Assembly: GCA_030700225.1 (NCBI GenBank)
Contig: JAUYJT010000044.1
Location: forward strand, 18,516-82,515
Direction: 5' to 3'
From: Candidatus Nanopelagicales bacterium
GTDB lineage: Bacteria; Actinomycetota; Actinomycetes; S36-B12; GCA-2699445
DNA length: 64,000 nt
Shown here: in pieces, positions 18,068 through 27,757 of the stretch
How the letters are laid out: every line of letters starts with the position of its first letter
How positions within the stretch are numbered: position 1 is the stretch's first letter
Made by a program: the position numbers and the translations under genes
Notes under the pieces: model-generated
What the model was told of the DNA's origin: nothing
Database searches by the model: none
What the model saw: the letters and a program-made list of their open reading frames with translations, nothing else

Positions 18068-18206
18068 CCGAGCCCTGCGTGGACGGATCGGCTGGTCGAG
18101 GCCACCTGTTGTATGCGGTTGCGATACGCCCGGAGGGGCAGACTCAGTCTGGTCCGGATCCAGGGCAACGAACACGCCAACTGCCCTGTTGAGGAATGGG
18201 GGGGCC

Positions 18207-18812
18207 ATGGCGGTCCTGGCTGGAATCGGCTCTGCCGACGACGCCGCAGACACAGTCTGGTCACTGACTGCCAGTCTCGCCGACCCCACCCAGGCCGGCA
18301 CGGTGCGGGCCGTCGAAACCGCCGCGAGGCGTTCCTGCGTGCCCATGTCGGGGTGGCCAGACGCTCCGCTCACCGAGGAGGCGGTTGCGCTGGTCGCGGC
18401 GCAGGCGGTTCGTTGGCATGGGCTCCCCGCTCTCAAGCGGCTACCGTTCTGGACCCTGGGATGGATCTTCCTCGCGCAACCTCTGCTGGATCGGCTCTTC
18501 GCTGATTTGTCGCCTGAGTCACGACCGGCCCTGCGGCAAACGCTGCTTGAGAACGCAGACGCCATCCGACTCCAGAGAACTCAACGGATGTGGTTGGCCA
18601 CCAACGACGCGACGCTCGCTCTCGCGGAGATGGCAAGGCTCGTATCGGGCGATGCCCCGCTTCGTCCCGTCGATCTGTTCCCAGTGATCAACCTGACTGA
18701 CTCCTCCGCACAGAGAATCCGCGCACACGTGCCTGAGCCCCGACAAGCCGACGACGCCCGTGCGTACGCAGCGGACGTGGCCACCGTCGCGGCTTCGCTG
18801 GCGTCCGGTTGA
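18207..18812 (+). CDS. hypothetical protein
   Basis: ATG 18207 follows GAGGAATGGGGGG. Third-position GC is about 56/72 from this point, whereas the upstream 660 nt of the 421-aa track ORF lack coding bias. Confidence 0.6.
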   Translation: MAVLAGIGSADDAADTVWSLTASLADPTQAGTVRAVETAARRSCVPMSGWPDAPLTEEAVALVAAQAVRWHGLPALKRLPFWTLGWIFLAQPLLDRLFADLSPESRPALRQTLLENADAIRLQRTQRMWLATNDATLALAEMARLVSGDAPLRPVDLFPVINLTDSSAQRIRAHVPEPRQADDARAYAADVATVAASLASG

Positions 18813-18831
18813 GCCGTCGAGCACCGTCACG

Positions 18832-20118
18832 ATGAGCAGTCCGCAACCCCATGCGTCAAACGAGCGCATAGACACTGATGTGCTCGTCGTCGGCGCGGGT
18901 CCAGCTGGGTCGGCTGCCGCAACTTGGGCTGCTCGTTCGGGTCTTGACGTTGTACTCATAGACGCGGCTCGTTTCCCCAGGGACAAGACGTGCGGAGACG
19001 GTCTGACTCCTCGTGCCATAGCCGAACTGAACCGCCTGGGCATGGCGGGTTGGCTGCGTGGGCGGACGCGGAACTGGGGGGTCGTAGCGAACGCCTTCGG
19101 GCAGTCATGGCACCTGCCGTGGCCAGCAAGCAGCTTCCCCCCGTATGGAAGCGCCACACCGCGCAGCGAACTGGATGAGGCTCTTCTGGCCGTCGCACTC
19201 GCCGCCGGAGTGCGGGTTCACCAGGAAACCAGAACCCTCGCGGTCGAGCGGTCAACTTCCGGCGCCGTGAGATCCGTGACTTGCTCCAGTGGAGCCGAGT
19301 CCGTGGTCGTGCGCTGCAGGCGCTTAATCGTCGCCGACGGCGCCCGCTCCAAGACCGGGAAGATGCTCGGGCGCATCTGGCACCGCGAAACGATCTACGG
19401 AGTTGCCGCGCGCTCATACGTCCCCAGCGCGCGGGCGGACGAACCTTGGATCACGTCCCACATGGATCTGAAGGACCCGTCTGGGTCAGCGCTGCCAGGC
19501 TACGGCTGGATCTTCCCTCTCGGGAACGGTGCGGTGAACCTGGGAGTCGGCACTCTTGCCACAGGTGATCGTCCGGCCAACATCAACCTGAGCAAGCTGC
19601 TGCACCAGTACTACCTGGCCCGCCGAGATGAGTGGGGGATGACCGGCGAACCGGACTCCGTGCGCTCAGCCCTCCTTCCAATGGGCGGATCAGTCAGCGG
19701 CATCGCCGGACCGAACTGGGTCCTCATCGGCGACGCCGCTGGCTGCGTCAACCCACTGAACGGTGAGGGCGTCGACCACGGTCTGGAAACCGGCCGCATG
19801 GCAGCGGACCTGCTGGCCTCAGGCGCCGGGCTCGCCAGGCCGGGTCAGGACTTGAGCCGCGCGTGGCCCCGCCTCCTGGGTGACCGATACGGCCACACCT
19901 ACTCAGCTTCGCGGCGTGTCGGACATCTGTTCTTGAATCCGAGGCTTCTGTCAACGGTGGGACCGTACGGGATGCGCTCGCGCGCGCTCATGAACACGAT
20001 CATGAGAATCGCTGGGAACTTCATCACGGATGAGGACACAGACCTCATCGCCCGTCTCTGGCGAGTGGCTGGCCGCTGGTCATGGGACAAGGACGAGCGT
20101 CCGCCTTTCTCGAACTGA
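18832..20118 (+). CDS. FAD-dependent geranylgeranyl reductase family oxidoreductase
   Basis: The N-terminal dinucleotide fold is DVLVVGAGPAGSAAA. CGDGLTP, GWIFPLGNG and LIGDAAG are typical of the geranylgeranyl reductase family. Confidence 0.8.
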   Translation: MSSPQPHASNERIDTDVLVVGAGPAGSAAATWAARSGLDVVLIDAARFPRDKTCGDGLTPRAIAELNRLGMAGWLRGRTRNWGVVANAFGQSWHLPWPASSFPPYGSATPRSELDEALLAVALAAGVRVHQETRTLAVERSTSGAVRSVTCSSGAESVVVRCRRLIVADGARSKTGKMLGRIWHRETIYGVAARSYVPSARADEPWITSHMDLKDPSGSALPGYGWIFPLGNGAVNLGVGTLATGDRPANINLSKLLHQYYLARRDEWGMTGEPDSVRSALLPMGGSVSGIAGPNWVLIGDAAGCVNPLNGEGVDHGLETGRMAADLLASGAGLARPGQDLSRAWPRLLGDRYGHTYSASRRVGHLFLNPRLLSTVGPYGMRSRALMNTIMRIAGNFITDEDTDLIARLWRVAGRWSWDKDERPPFSN

Positions 20119-20238
20119 GCCCCACCTGGCGGGGATCGGCACGCTCGCGATTGCAGAAAACAGCCATATCACCCATATGGCGTATCTCAGCTGGCTGGCT
20201 GGCCACCGATACAACACACAAGGAACGCTGGAGGAGTC

Positions 20239-22158
20239 ATGCACTCAGGCCGAGCGCGTAACTGGCGCACCCTTCTCGTCAGCGCGGCGGCGTTTGCCCT
20301 CGTGCTGCCTCTTGGCGTCGGCACTCCTGGTGCTGCTGCGGTAACCAGTGAGCACCTGTTGTCCGTGCCCGAGGGACAGATTGAGCACGTGACCGCAGCG
20401 GTTCAGGAATCGGGCGGGACGGTTCTTGAGTCGTTCGAAGTAGCGTCCGCTCTCCTTGTCCAACTGCCGAACGGGGCACGCATTCCCGAGGACGCGACCG
20501 TAGTGCCTGATGTCGCCATGCAGTTCCAGGCCGCGGACGCCGCCACGGAGACGCCCGCAGCCAATACATACCGCGACACGATTGGTGCCTCCAGCAGCCT
20601 GGACGGCTCCGGCGTGACAGTGGCGCTTGTTGACACCGGGGTCGCCGACACTGGCGAGACCCAAGTAACTCACGTCAACGTCAGCGACGGCCCGGACGGG
20701 GACGGGCTGGGCCACGGCACGTTCCTGTCAGGGATCATCGCCGGGGACGGGGCATCGTCGGGAGGTGCCTACTCTGGTGTCGCACCGGGAGCCAGGATCC
20801 TCGACGTTCAGGTCGCGATGCCCGATGGATCGACTTCGCTGTCCAAGGTCCTGTCCGGGCTCCAGGAAGTCGCCGATCGATCGGCTGGGGACCGTACCAT
20901 CAAGGTCGTCTCGCTCGCGCTGTCGAGCGGAAGTCCGCTACCGCCCAGCGCTGATCCTCTAACTAGTGCGCTGGACCGGCTCTGGTCACGTGGGCTCACG
21001 GTTCTGGTCGCGGCAGGCAACGGCGGACCGAAGTCTGTGACATCTCCGGCTTCGGATCCGACGCTTCTCGCAGTCGGAGCGGTAGCTGAAAACAGGACGG
21101 CGAGCCGGTCCGATGACACGGTGGCCGACTTCTCGGCCTACGGCAAGAAGTTCGGCCGTATGAGGCCGGACATCGCAGCTCCGGGTGTGTCCCTGGTCTC
21201 GCTGCGCGCGCCTGGGTCTGTCGCCGATACCGAGAACCCTGAGTCCCGCGTGTTGGACAAGTACTTCACGGGCACTGGAACTTCGATGTCTGAGGCAGTC
21301 GCGGCTGGAGCCGCAGCCGCCTTGCTCGGGGCACGGCCGGGGTTGACCCCGGATCAGGTCAAGCAGCTTCTGGTCGGAACAACCTACTCGGCCGATGGAC
21401 TCACCAAGGGCGCCGGATCGGGCGGACTGGACCTAGCAGCCGCAGCGGCAGCCAAGATCGCCCGCACTCGCCCACTGCCCGCAGCGACGCGTTCCACCCG
21501 ATTCGCTCCCGATGAAGCCGACGCGAGCACGTGGGCCGCCTTCGCCGCCGCCTGGGCAGACGGCGATCTGCAAGCCGTCATTGACGCGTGGAAGGCGCTG
21601 AGCCCCCAAACCCGCCGTTGGGCGGCTAGCGCGTGGTCGCTAGCGGTGTTGGAGCGCGCGCTGGCGACCAGCGAGGATGACTTCGAGCTGCGAGTCTGGG
21701 AAGGTCGCCGCTGGGCAACACAGAAGTGGCAAGGTCGCCGCTGGGCCGATGACGCATGGGTTGGTCGGCGTTGGGCGGGTCGCCGCTGGGCCGATGAGGA
21801 CTGGGCTGGTCGGCGTTGGGCGGGTCGCCGCTGGGCCGATGAGGACTGGGCTGGTCGGCGTTGGGCGGGTCGCCGCTGGGCCGATGAGGTCTGGGGAGGC
21901 CGTCGCTGGGCCGAGAACGACTGGCTAGCGGTCGCGTGGACTGGCCGACGTTGGGCCAGCACCGACTGGGCAGGTCGCCGCTGGGCAGACGAGGCCTGGG
22001 CAGGTCGCCGCTGGGCTGACTTCGACTGGAGCGGCCGACGCTGGGCTGATGAGGTCTGGGAAGGCCGCCGCTGGGCTGACGTGGCATGGGAGGGCCGACG
22101 CTGGGCTACCGAAGTTTGGAACGGACGGCGCTGGGCCGTGACAGGCTGGGGGCAGTAG
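20239..22158 (+). CDS. secreted S8 (subtilisin-family) serine peptidase with C-terminal Trp/Arg-rich repeat array
   Basis: The signal peptide ends in AAA. The catalytic triad contexts are VALVDTGV (Asp), GHGTFLSG (His) and GTGTSMSEAVAAG (Ser). The last ~155 aa contain 16 GRRW(A) units. Confidence 0.85.
   Translation: MHSGRARNWRTLLVSAAAFALVLPLGVGTPGAAAVTSEHLLSVPEGQIEHVTAAVQESGGTVLESFEVASALLVQLPNGARIPEDATVVPDVAMQFQAADAATETPAANTYRDTIGASSSLDGSGVTVALVDTGVADTGETQVTHVNVSDGPDGDGLGHGTFLSGIIAGDGASSGGAYSGVAPGARILDVQVAMPDGSTSLSKVLSGLQEVADRSAGDRTIKVVSLALSSGSPLPPSADPLTSALDRLWSRGLTVLVAAGNGGPKSVTSPASDPTLLAVGAVAENRTASRSDDTVADFSAYGKKFGRMRPDIAAPGVSLVSLRAPGSVADTENPESRVLDKYFTGTGTSMSEAVAAGAAAALLGARPGLTPDQVKQLLVGTTYSADGLTKGAGSGGLDLAAAAAAKIARTRPLPAATRSTRFAPDEADASTWAAFAAAWADGDLQAVIDAWKALSPQTRRWAASAWSLAVLERALATSEDDFELRVWEGRRWATQKWQGRRWADDAWVGRRWAGRRWADEDWAGRRWAGRRWADEDWAGRRWAGRRWADEVWGGRRWAENDWLAVAWTGRRWASTDWAGRRWADEAWAGRRWADFDWSGRRWADEVWEGRRWADVAWEGRRWATEVWNGRRWAVTGWGQ
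21691..22155 (+). repeat. coding tandem-repeat region (W-x-G-R-R-W-A units); 45-bp units at 21763-21807, 21808-21852 (identical) and 21853-21897 (near identical)
   Basis: Direct reading finds GGTCGGCGTTGGGCGGGTCGCCGCTGGGCCGATGAGGACTGGGCT repeated head to tail. Degenerate copies extend to the stop codon. Confidence 0.85.
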
Positions 22159-22176
22159 CACCTAGCCGGAGGCAGG

Positions 22177-24504
22177 ATGACGGAGATTCCAGGTCCCGGT
22201 CGCCTGCCGGTTCTCCCGGAGGCCGAGCACGAGAGGCGATCCCGGCACCTGTCGGCCGTGATCATCGCTGCTGTGTTCACCGCAGGGATGGCATCGGTGA
22301 TCCTGACCGCGTGGTGGTCGACTGACTGGCCTGTGCCATCCGCTCAGTACACGGCGGCGACCATCTGGCCCTACATCGCCTTCATCGCGGTAGCGACATT
22401 GGCCGAGATCATCTACGTACCGGTTCGACACGGCGATGGAGTCGAGGATCTGACGTTCTTCGAAATCCTGGTCGTGGGCGGAGTCCTGGTGTTCCTTCCT
22501 GTAGTTGCCCTCGTGTGCCCGCTGATCGGCTTCGCTGTAGCTGAACTCCTACTGGGGCGACCACTGCGGAAAGTACTGTTCAACACGGGTTCCTACGCTT
22601 TGGCAGCCTCAGCCCTCATCCTGATCTACGCAGGAGTGGCCGGGACAGGGTCCCGGTTCGGAGCGAGCTCCGTTGTCGCGCTGCTGCTCGGTGCGGCGGT
22701 CTTCGTAACCATCAACTTGGTCTTGCTCGCGTGGATCCTGAACGTGGCTCAGGGCGTTCCGTTCAAGGAACTGATCCGCGACCAGTGGGTGCTGTCGGTG
22801 AGCATGGCGGTCGGAAGCGTAGGTGTCGCGGCAACAGCCGTCGCGATGGTCAAGTTCGCTCCAGCCCTGGCTGTGTTCTCGCTCGTGCCAGCCGCGGCCC
22901 TCTGGTACGCCTACCGATCCTCGGCGGCCCACACACACGCACTCGAGCGCAACCGCTGGCTGGTACGCCTCAACTCCCTGGTCACAACTCTCACCGCGCC
23001 ACACATCCTGGTACCGGGCGCGGCCAACGCGATTCGCCATGTGTTCGGGGCCGACACCGTGCGGGTAGTTCTGCCAACCGTTGCCTACGGAACCATCGAC
23101 TCCCAGCCACAAGTGATCTTGCTCGACCCCAGCGCCGGCGACGATCTAGCGGTCACTGCCGCCTCGGAATCGGTCCAGCAGATCCCTGGCAGCGCCCTCC
23201 CTGACGGCTGGGTGTCGGGCTGCCTGGTGCGACTCGACACCGGCGATGACAGTCCCGGCGTTCTCATGCTGGGCGCGTCTAGACGGATTCCAGGGCTGCA
23301 AAGGCTCCTTCCCTGGGCGCAGGGGGAATGGCACCTGCGCGATGTCGACGCCCCCGTTCTCCAGGCTGTCGCGGCCTCGACTGCTGGCGCGATACGCGCC
23401 AGCCAGCACCTAACGGCCTTGGCGGAGGAGACGGCCAAACTCAACGCCGTCGTGGACCACGCCACCGACGGCATCGCGGTCATGGATGCCACGCGCGCGT
23501 TCGTGATGTGGAGTCCCGCTATGGCGCGCATCACCGGGGTATCCGCCCAAACCGCCCTTGCGAGTGTGCCGTCGCCAGGGACCGACGACCCAGTGGCGGT
23601 CCTGGCGCGCGTAGCCGAATCGGCCAGCTCCTCGGCGGACCAGGCCAGCTCGCTTCTTACGCGGATCACCAGGGACTCCGAGGACCGAGAACTGCGAGTC
23701 TGGGTTGTATGGATCGACCACTCCGCCGTCGATCTCGCCCAAGAACCGGAATCCCGCCGCCTGGCCATCCTCACCGCCCGAGACATCACGCAGGAACGTC
23801 GGGTCGAGCGCATGAAGGCTGACTTCATCGCGACGGTTTCGCACGAGCTGCGCACACCCATCACTCCGATCAAGGGATATGCCGGGCTTCTGGCCGACAA
23901 GTGGGACCGGCTGGCGCCCGAAAAGCGTGTCGATATCCTGAACACGATTGTCGACCGGGCCGATCACTTGACGCGCTTGGTGGACGACCTGCTGCTGGCG
24001 TCGCGGGCATCGGATACGTCGGCACGCCTCACCGTGGAGATGACAGATGAGGATCTGCTGGAAGTTGTTCACGAGGCGCTCAAGATGTTCCCGGGCGAAG
24101 CTGACCGCGTCCGCGTCACGGGATCGGGTGTCACAGTGTCGTGCGACAGAGTCAGAGCGATTCAATGCTTGGCGAATCTGATCGGGAACGCGCTGAAGTA
24201 CTCGCGGCCCGGATCGGCCGTTGGTGTGGAGATCCGGCGGGAGGAGGGAGGATCATGGGCAACGGTGTCGGTGATCGATCACGGACTTGGAATACGTCCT
24301 GATCAGCTGGAGAAGGTGTTCGAGCGCTTCTATCGTGTGGAGGATCCAATGACGATGACCACAGGGGGAAGCGGCGTCGGTCTGTTCGTCTCGCGTGAGC
24401 TCGCACGGGCGATGGGCGGCGACATCGACGTCATCTCACAGATCGGCGAGGGCAGCAGTTTCACGCTCCGCCTAAGACCAGCTGACTACGAGGCGGGTTT
24501 CTGA
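22177..24504 (+). CDS. multi-TM sensor histidine kinase (membrane domain + PAS-like + HisKA + HATPase_c)
   Basis: ATG lies 18 nt after the S8 stop (GGAGGCAGG upstream). About 7 hydrophobic helices fill the first 270 aa. The H-box is FIATVSHELRTPITPIKGY, and the ATPase boxes are NALKYS, DHGLGI and GGSGVGL. Confidence 0.85.
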   Translation: MTEIPGPGRLPVLPEAEHERRSRHLSAVIIAAVFTAGMASVILTAWWSTDWPVPSAQYTAATIWPYIAFIAVATLAEIIYVPVRHGDGVEDLTFFEILVVGGVLVFLPVVALVCPLIGFAVAELLLGRPLRKVLFNTGSYALAASALILIYAGVAGTGSRFGASSVVALLLGAAVFVTINLVLLAWILNVAQGVPFKELIRDQWVLSVSMAVGSVGVAATAVAMVKFAPALAVFSLVPAAALWYAYRSSAAHTHALERNRWLVRLNSLVTTLTAPHILVPGAANAIRHVFGADTVRVVLPTVAYGTIDSQPQVILLDPSAGDDLAVTAASESVQQIPGSALPDGWVSGCLVRLDTGDDSPGVLMLGASRRIPGLQRLLPWAQGEWHLRDVDAPVLQAVAASTAGAIRASQHLTALAEETAKLNAVVDHATDGIAVMDATRAFVMWSPAMARITGVSAQTALASVPSPGTDDPVAVLARVAESASSSADQASSLLTRITRDSEDRELRVWVVWIDHSAVDLAQEPESRRLAILTARDITQERRVERMKADFIATVSHELRTPITPIKGYAGLLADKWDRLAPEKRVDILNTIVDRADHLTRLVDDLLLASRASDTSARLTVEMTDEDLLEVVHEALKMFPGEADRVRVTGSGVTVSCDRVRAIQCLANLIGNALKYSRPGSAVGVEIRREEGGSWATVSVIDHGLGIRPDQLEKVFERFYRVEDPMTMTTGGSGVGLFVSRELARAMGGDIDVISQIGEGSSFTLRLRPADYEAGF

Positions 24505-24884
24505 TGGCAACGGTTCTAGTCGTCGATGATGAGCCCTCAGTGCGCTCGCTGCTACGCGACGTCCTCGAACTGGATGGGTATGACGTCATCGAAGCCGCCG
24601 ACGGGGAAGAGGCGCTACGAGAAATCGCGAGATCCCTGCCCGACTTCGTGATTCTCGACATCATGATGCCGGGCATGTCTGGGCTTGACGTCCTACGCCG
24701 ACTTCGAGTCGAGCACACCGTGACGGACCTGCCGATCATGCTGCTCACAGCGGCGACCGACGACGAGACGACATGGGCTGGCTGGACCGCTGGGGCGAGT
24801 GTCTTCATACCGAAACCGTTCGACCCAGGTCGCCTGCTCGACTGGATCGAGAAGCTACTAGCCAGCGATCAGCCCAAGAACTAA
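24504..24884 (+). CDS. stand-alone response-regulator receiver protein (CheY-like, no output domain)
   Basis: ATG overlaps the kinase stop (TGATG). Receiver residues are VVDDEPSV, ILDIMMPGMSG and FIPKPF, and the protein is only 126 aa. Confidence 0.85.
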   Translation: MATVLVVDDEPSVRSLLRDVLELDGYDVIEAADGEEALREIARSLPDFVILDIMMPGMSGLDVLRRLRVEHTVTDLPIMLLTAATDDETTWAGWTAGASVFIPKPFDPGRLLDWIEKLLASDQPKN

Positions 24885-24900
24885 GGACACGTAGACACGA

Positions 24901-26127
24901 ATGAAGAGAATCACGCTAGAGCAGCTGCCCACTGTGCTCAGCGGCTTGCCAGACAACCCTCGAGTCGTCGCGTCCGGGAACTTGGCCACACCGAGAGCCA
25001 TCCTCGGCGCGACCGACCAGGCGCTGGAGCGCTACGTCTTGAACGTGCTCAACGCTCAGTGTGAGCTACCGGACCGGGAGGGCGTGACCTACGAAACGGC
25101 ATTCGTCGGACCGCGCATGCGCAAGAGTCCGCGCCTGAAGTACGTACCCTGCCGGTTGAGTCTCGTCCCGGTTCTGTTCCAGAAGATCATGCGTCCGGAC
25201 GTCGTACTGATCCACACTTCAGCCCCGCACAACAACTCAGTCAGCCTCGGGATCGAAGTCACCGTGATGCCTGCCGCCATGGAGGCCTGCCGCGCGGGAT
25301 GTGGCATCGTGATCGCGCAGGCGAACTCGAACATGCCCTACACCTACGGCGATGGGGTCTTGCACGCGGACGAGATTGACTACCTGGTCGAGGTCGACGA
25401 AGAGGTCCCAACACACGCCAGTTCACCTCCTGACGATGTGTCCCGACAGATCGCCGACAGAATCGCCACGCTCGTGGATGACGGGTCCACGCTTCAAGCG
25501 GGGGTCGGCGCCGTTCCGGATGCCGTGATGTCGGGGCTGACGGAGCGCAAGGGGCTTCGCGTCTGGTCGGAGACGTTCAGTGACGGCGTTCTGGATCTCG
25601 AGCAGCGAGGCCGCACCGACGACAGCGTGCCCCTAACGGCATCGTTCGTGACCGGCAGCCGCGAACTGTACGGCTGGGTGCACCTCAACCGGAGAGCGAA
25701 GCTACTCAGGACCGAGATGACCAATGCCCCGGGCCGAATCGCCAGACAGCGGGCGATGACCAGCATCAACGGTGCATTGCAGGTGGACCTACTGGCCCAA
25801 GCGAACGCGTCCCGGATTGGTGAGCACGTGTTCTCGGGAATCGGCGGGTCTACGGATTTCATCGTCGGCGCCCTTCACTCCCCTGGCGGAGCCGCGTACA
25901 TCACACTGCCGTCTTGGCACGCGAAGGCGAACGTGTCCACGATTGTTCCGATCATTTCCCAGCCAGTGACGTCCTTCCAGCACTCCGCGATAGTCACGGA
26001 GCAGGGGCTCGCCCACGTGTTCGGCTGCTCCGAACACGAACAGACCAGGAACATCATCAGCCAGGCCGCTCACCCGGACACGCGTGACGAACTCTGGGCG
26101 GCCGCCCGAGACCTGTGGCGCGCGTAA
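24901..26127 (+). CDS. acetyl-CoA hydrolase/transferase family protein (4-hydroxybutyrate CoA-transferase-like)
   Basis: The segments LQAGVGAVPDAV, ETFSDGVLDL, SINGALQVDL and SGIGGSTDF are typical of this family. Confidence 0.75.
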   Translation: MKRITLEQLPTVLSGLPDNPRVVASGNLATPRAILGATDQALERYVLNVLNAQCELPDREGVTYETAFVGPRMRKSPRLKYVPCRLSLVPVLFQKIMRPDVVLIHTSAPHNNSVSLGIEVTVMPAAMEACRAGCGIVIAQANSNMPYTYGDGVLHADEIDYLVEVDEEVPTHASSPPDDVSRQIADRIATLVDDGSTLQAGVGAVPDAVMSGLTERKGLRVWSETFSDGVLDLEQRGRTDDSVPLTASFVTGSRELYGWVHLNRRAKLLRTEMTNAPGRIARQRAMTSINGALQVDLLAQANASRIGEHVFSGIGGSTDFIVGALHSPGGAAYITLPSWHAKANVSTIVPIISQPVTSFQHSAIVTEQGLAHVFGCSEHEQTRNIISQAAHPDTRDELWAAARDLWRA

Positions 26128-26163
26128 CGCCGGTTGCGGCAGACATGGTATGACAGTTGCCTG

Positions 26164-26805
26164 ATGGCAAGTCCCCGCTTTCGCGTCCTGACCATCTGCT
26201 CGGCCAACATCTGCCGGTCGCCCGCCGCGGAGACCCTGCTGCGCCGCGAGTTGAAGGCGTGGCCCGATTCGGTTGCCATCGCCTCGGCCGGGCTGTGGAC
26301 TCCGGGTGGGTTTCCCGCATGCGATCTATCGGCCGCTCTGGTTGGAACGCCCGACCCCGACCTGGCGCACATGTCACGTCAGCTGACGGCGGACATGGTG
26401 CGCGACGCCGACCTGATCCTCACCGCTGACCGGACTCACCGGGCGGAGATCGCCACTATCGATCCGCGCGCGCGGCACAGGGCATTCACCTTGCGGCAGG
26501 CCGCGCATCTGAGCTTGCCGATCGTCGAGTCGCTCAAGGCCTCAGAGCTACCGGAGGGCGCCCCAGCGCTTCCCACCGATCCCACGGCGAGGCTGCGTTG
26601 GTTCGCAGCGGAGCTCGACGCCGGTCGTGGACTGGCACCGGTGCCTGCCGTCCTTGAGCCTTGGGACCCAGAAGACGTCCCCGACCCACACGTTCTCGGC
26701 TACCAGCTCCACAGCTCCGCGATCGATCTGATCAAGGCGTCGGTTGCCGATCTGGTATCCGTGATGCGGGCGGTGTTGAAGTCGGATCCTCTGGGTACAA
26801 CGTAA
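26164..26805 (+). CDS. low-molecular-weight phosphotyrosine phosphatase / ArsC-like family protein with extended C-terminus
   Basis: The P-loop is CSANICRSP (C-X5-R-S) and the general-acid-like motif is EDVPDPH. ATG 26164 was chosen, and the gene sits directly upstream of cysD. Confidence 0.7.
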   Translation: MASPRFRVLTICSANICRSPAAETLLRRELKAWPDSVAIASAGLWTPGGFPACDLSAALVGTPDPDLAHMSRQLTADMVRDADLILTADRTHRAEIATIDPRARHRAFTLRQAAHLSLPIVESLKASELPEGAPALPTDPTARLRWFAAELDAGRGLAPVPAVLEPWDPEDVPDPHVLGYQLHSSAIDLIKASVADLVSVMRAVLKSDPLGTT

Positions 26806-26836
26806 GATCACCGTGAATGCGACCAGGAGGTTCTAG

Positions 26837-27757
26837 GTGTCCTCAGCCACCCTCGTCAGCGATGACGCGGTACTGGATGTCCTCGAAGCCGAGGCGATCC
26901 ACGTCTTCCGGGAAACCGCGGCAGCGTTCCGCAAGCCGGTCCTGCTGTACTCGATCGGAAAGGACTCCTCGGTCCTGCTTCACCTGGCTTTGAAGGCCTT
27001 CGCTCCCGCACCCCTTCCGTTTCCCGTGATGCACATCGACACCACGTGGAAGTTCCAGGAGATGATCCAGTTCCGCGACCGCAGGGCCGCAGAACTTGGA
27101 CTCGACCTGATCGTCGCGACGAACGAGGAAGCCCTGAACGAAGGCGTGTCGCCGTTCACCCACGGAACCCACGAATACACGCGGCTGATGAAGACTGTCG
27201 CGCTGCGCGAGGCTTTGGACGAGTACGGCTTCGATGCCGCGATCGGTGGCGCTCGTCGCGATGAGGAACGCAGCCGCGCCAAGGAGCGAATCTTCTCTCT
27301 GCGCGAACCTGGGCACCGCTGGGACGCGCGCAAGCAGCGACCCGAGTTCTGGCGCACCGCGAACACCCGGCTCGCCGAAGGCCAGACGATGCGATCCTTC
27401 CCGCTGTCCAACTGGACCGAGCTCGACGTGTGGCGCTACATCCGCCGCGAGCGGATCGACATCGTCGACCTGTACTTCGCCAAGCCGCGACCCGTCGTAG
27501 ACCGTGACGGCGTCCTGATCATGGTTGACGACGAGCGGCTTCCGCTCCGAGAGGATGAGGTTCCCCAGAATCGCACCGTGCGCTTCCGGACCCTGGGCTG
27601 CTATCCGTTGTCCGGCGCCGTGGAGTCCGACGCTGCCGACCTGGACACACTGATCCAGGAGATGAGTGACTCAAAGCTCTCCGAGCGCGCCGGGCGCCTG
27701 ATCGATGGAGAAGGCGGCAGTTCGATGGAGTCGAAGAAGGCGGAAGGGTACTTCTGA
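26837..27757 (+). CDS. cysD: sulfate adenylyltransferase subunit 2
   Basis: GTG follows [17 protein letters not shown], the PP-loop [13 protein letters not shown] and the C-terminal KKAEGYF are typical CysD. Confidence 0.9.
   Translation: MSSATLVSDDAVLDVLEAEAIHVFRETAAAFRKPVLLYSIGKDSSVLLHLALKAFAPAPLPFPVMHIDTTWKFQEMIQFRDRRAAELGLDLIVATNEEALNEGVSPFTHGTHEYTRLMKTVALREALDEYGFDAAIGGARRDEERSRAKERIFSLREPGHRWDARKQRPEFWRTANTRLAEGQTMRSFPLSNWTELDVWRYIRRERIDIVDLYFAKPRPVVDRDGVLIMVDDERLPLREDEVPQNRTVRFRTLGCYPLSGAVESDAADLDTLIQEMSDSKLSERAGRLIDGEGGSSMESKKAEGYF

Noticed and set aside
17547-18206. First 220 codons of the 421-aa plus-strand ORF
   Set aside because: Third-position GC is only 23/40 in the sampled stretch, whereas the overlapping minus ORF reaches 32/40. 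Real plus-strand coding begins at ATG 18207.
21763-21897. Tandem repeats considered as a possible CRISPR array (also the periodic repeats at 58600-59400)
   Set aside because: The units are contiguous with no unique spacers, lie in frame inside well-supported protein genes, and no cas genes are present.
21384-22280. 298-aa minus-strand ORF with AQRRP repeats (and 21626..22087, 21677..21928)
   Set aside because: These are antisense or alternative-frame shadows of the GRRWA repeat array in the S8 protease gene. They have no start context and overlap the kinase start.
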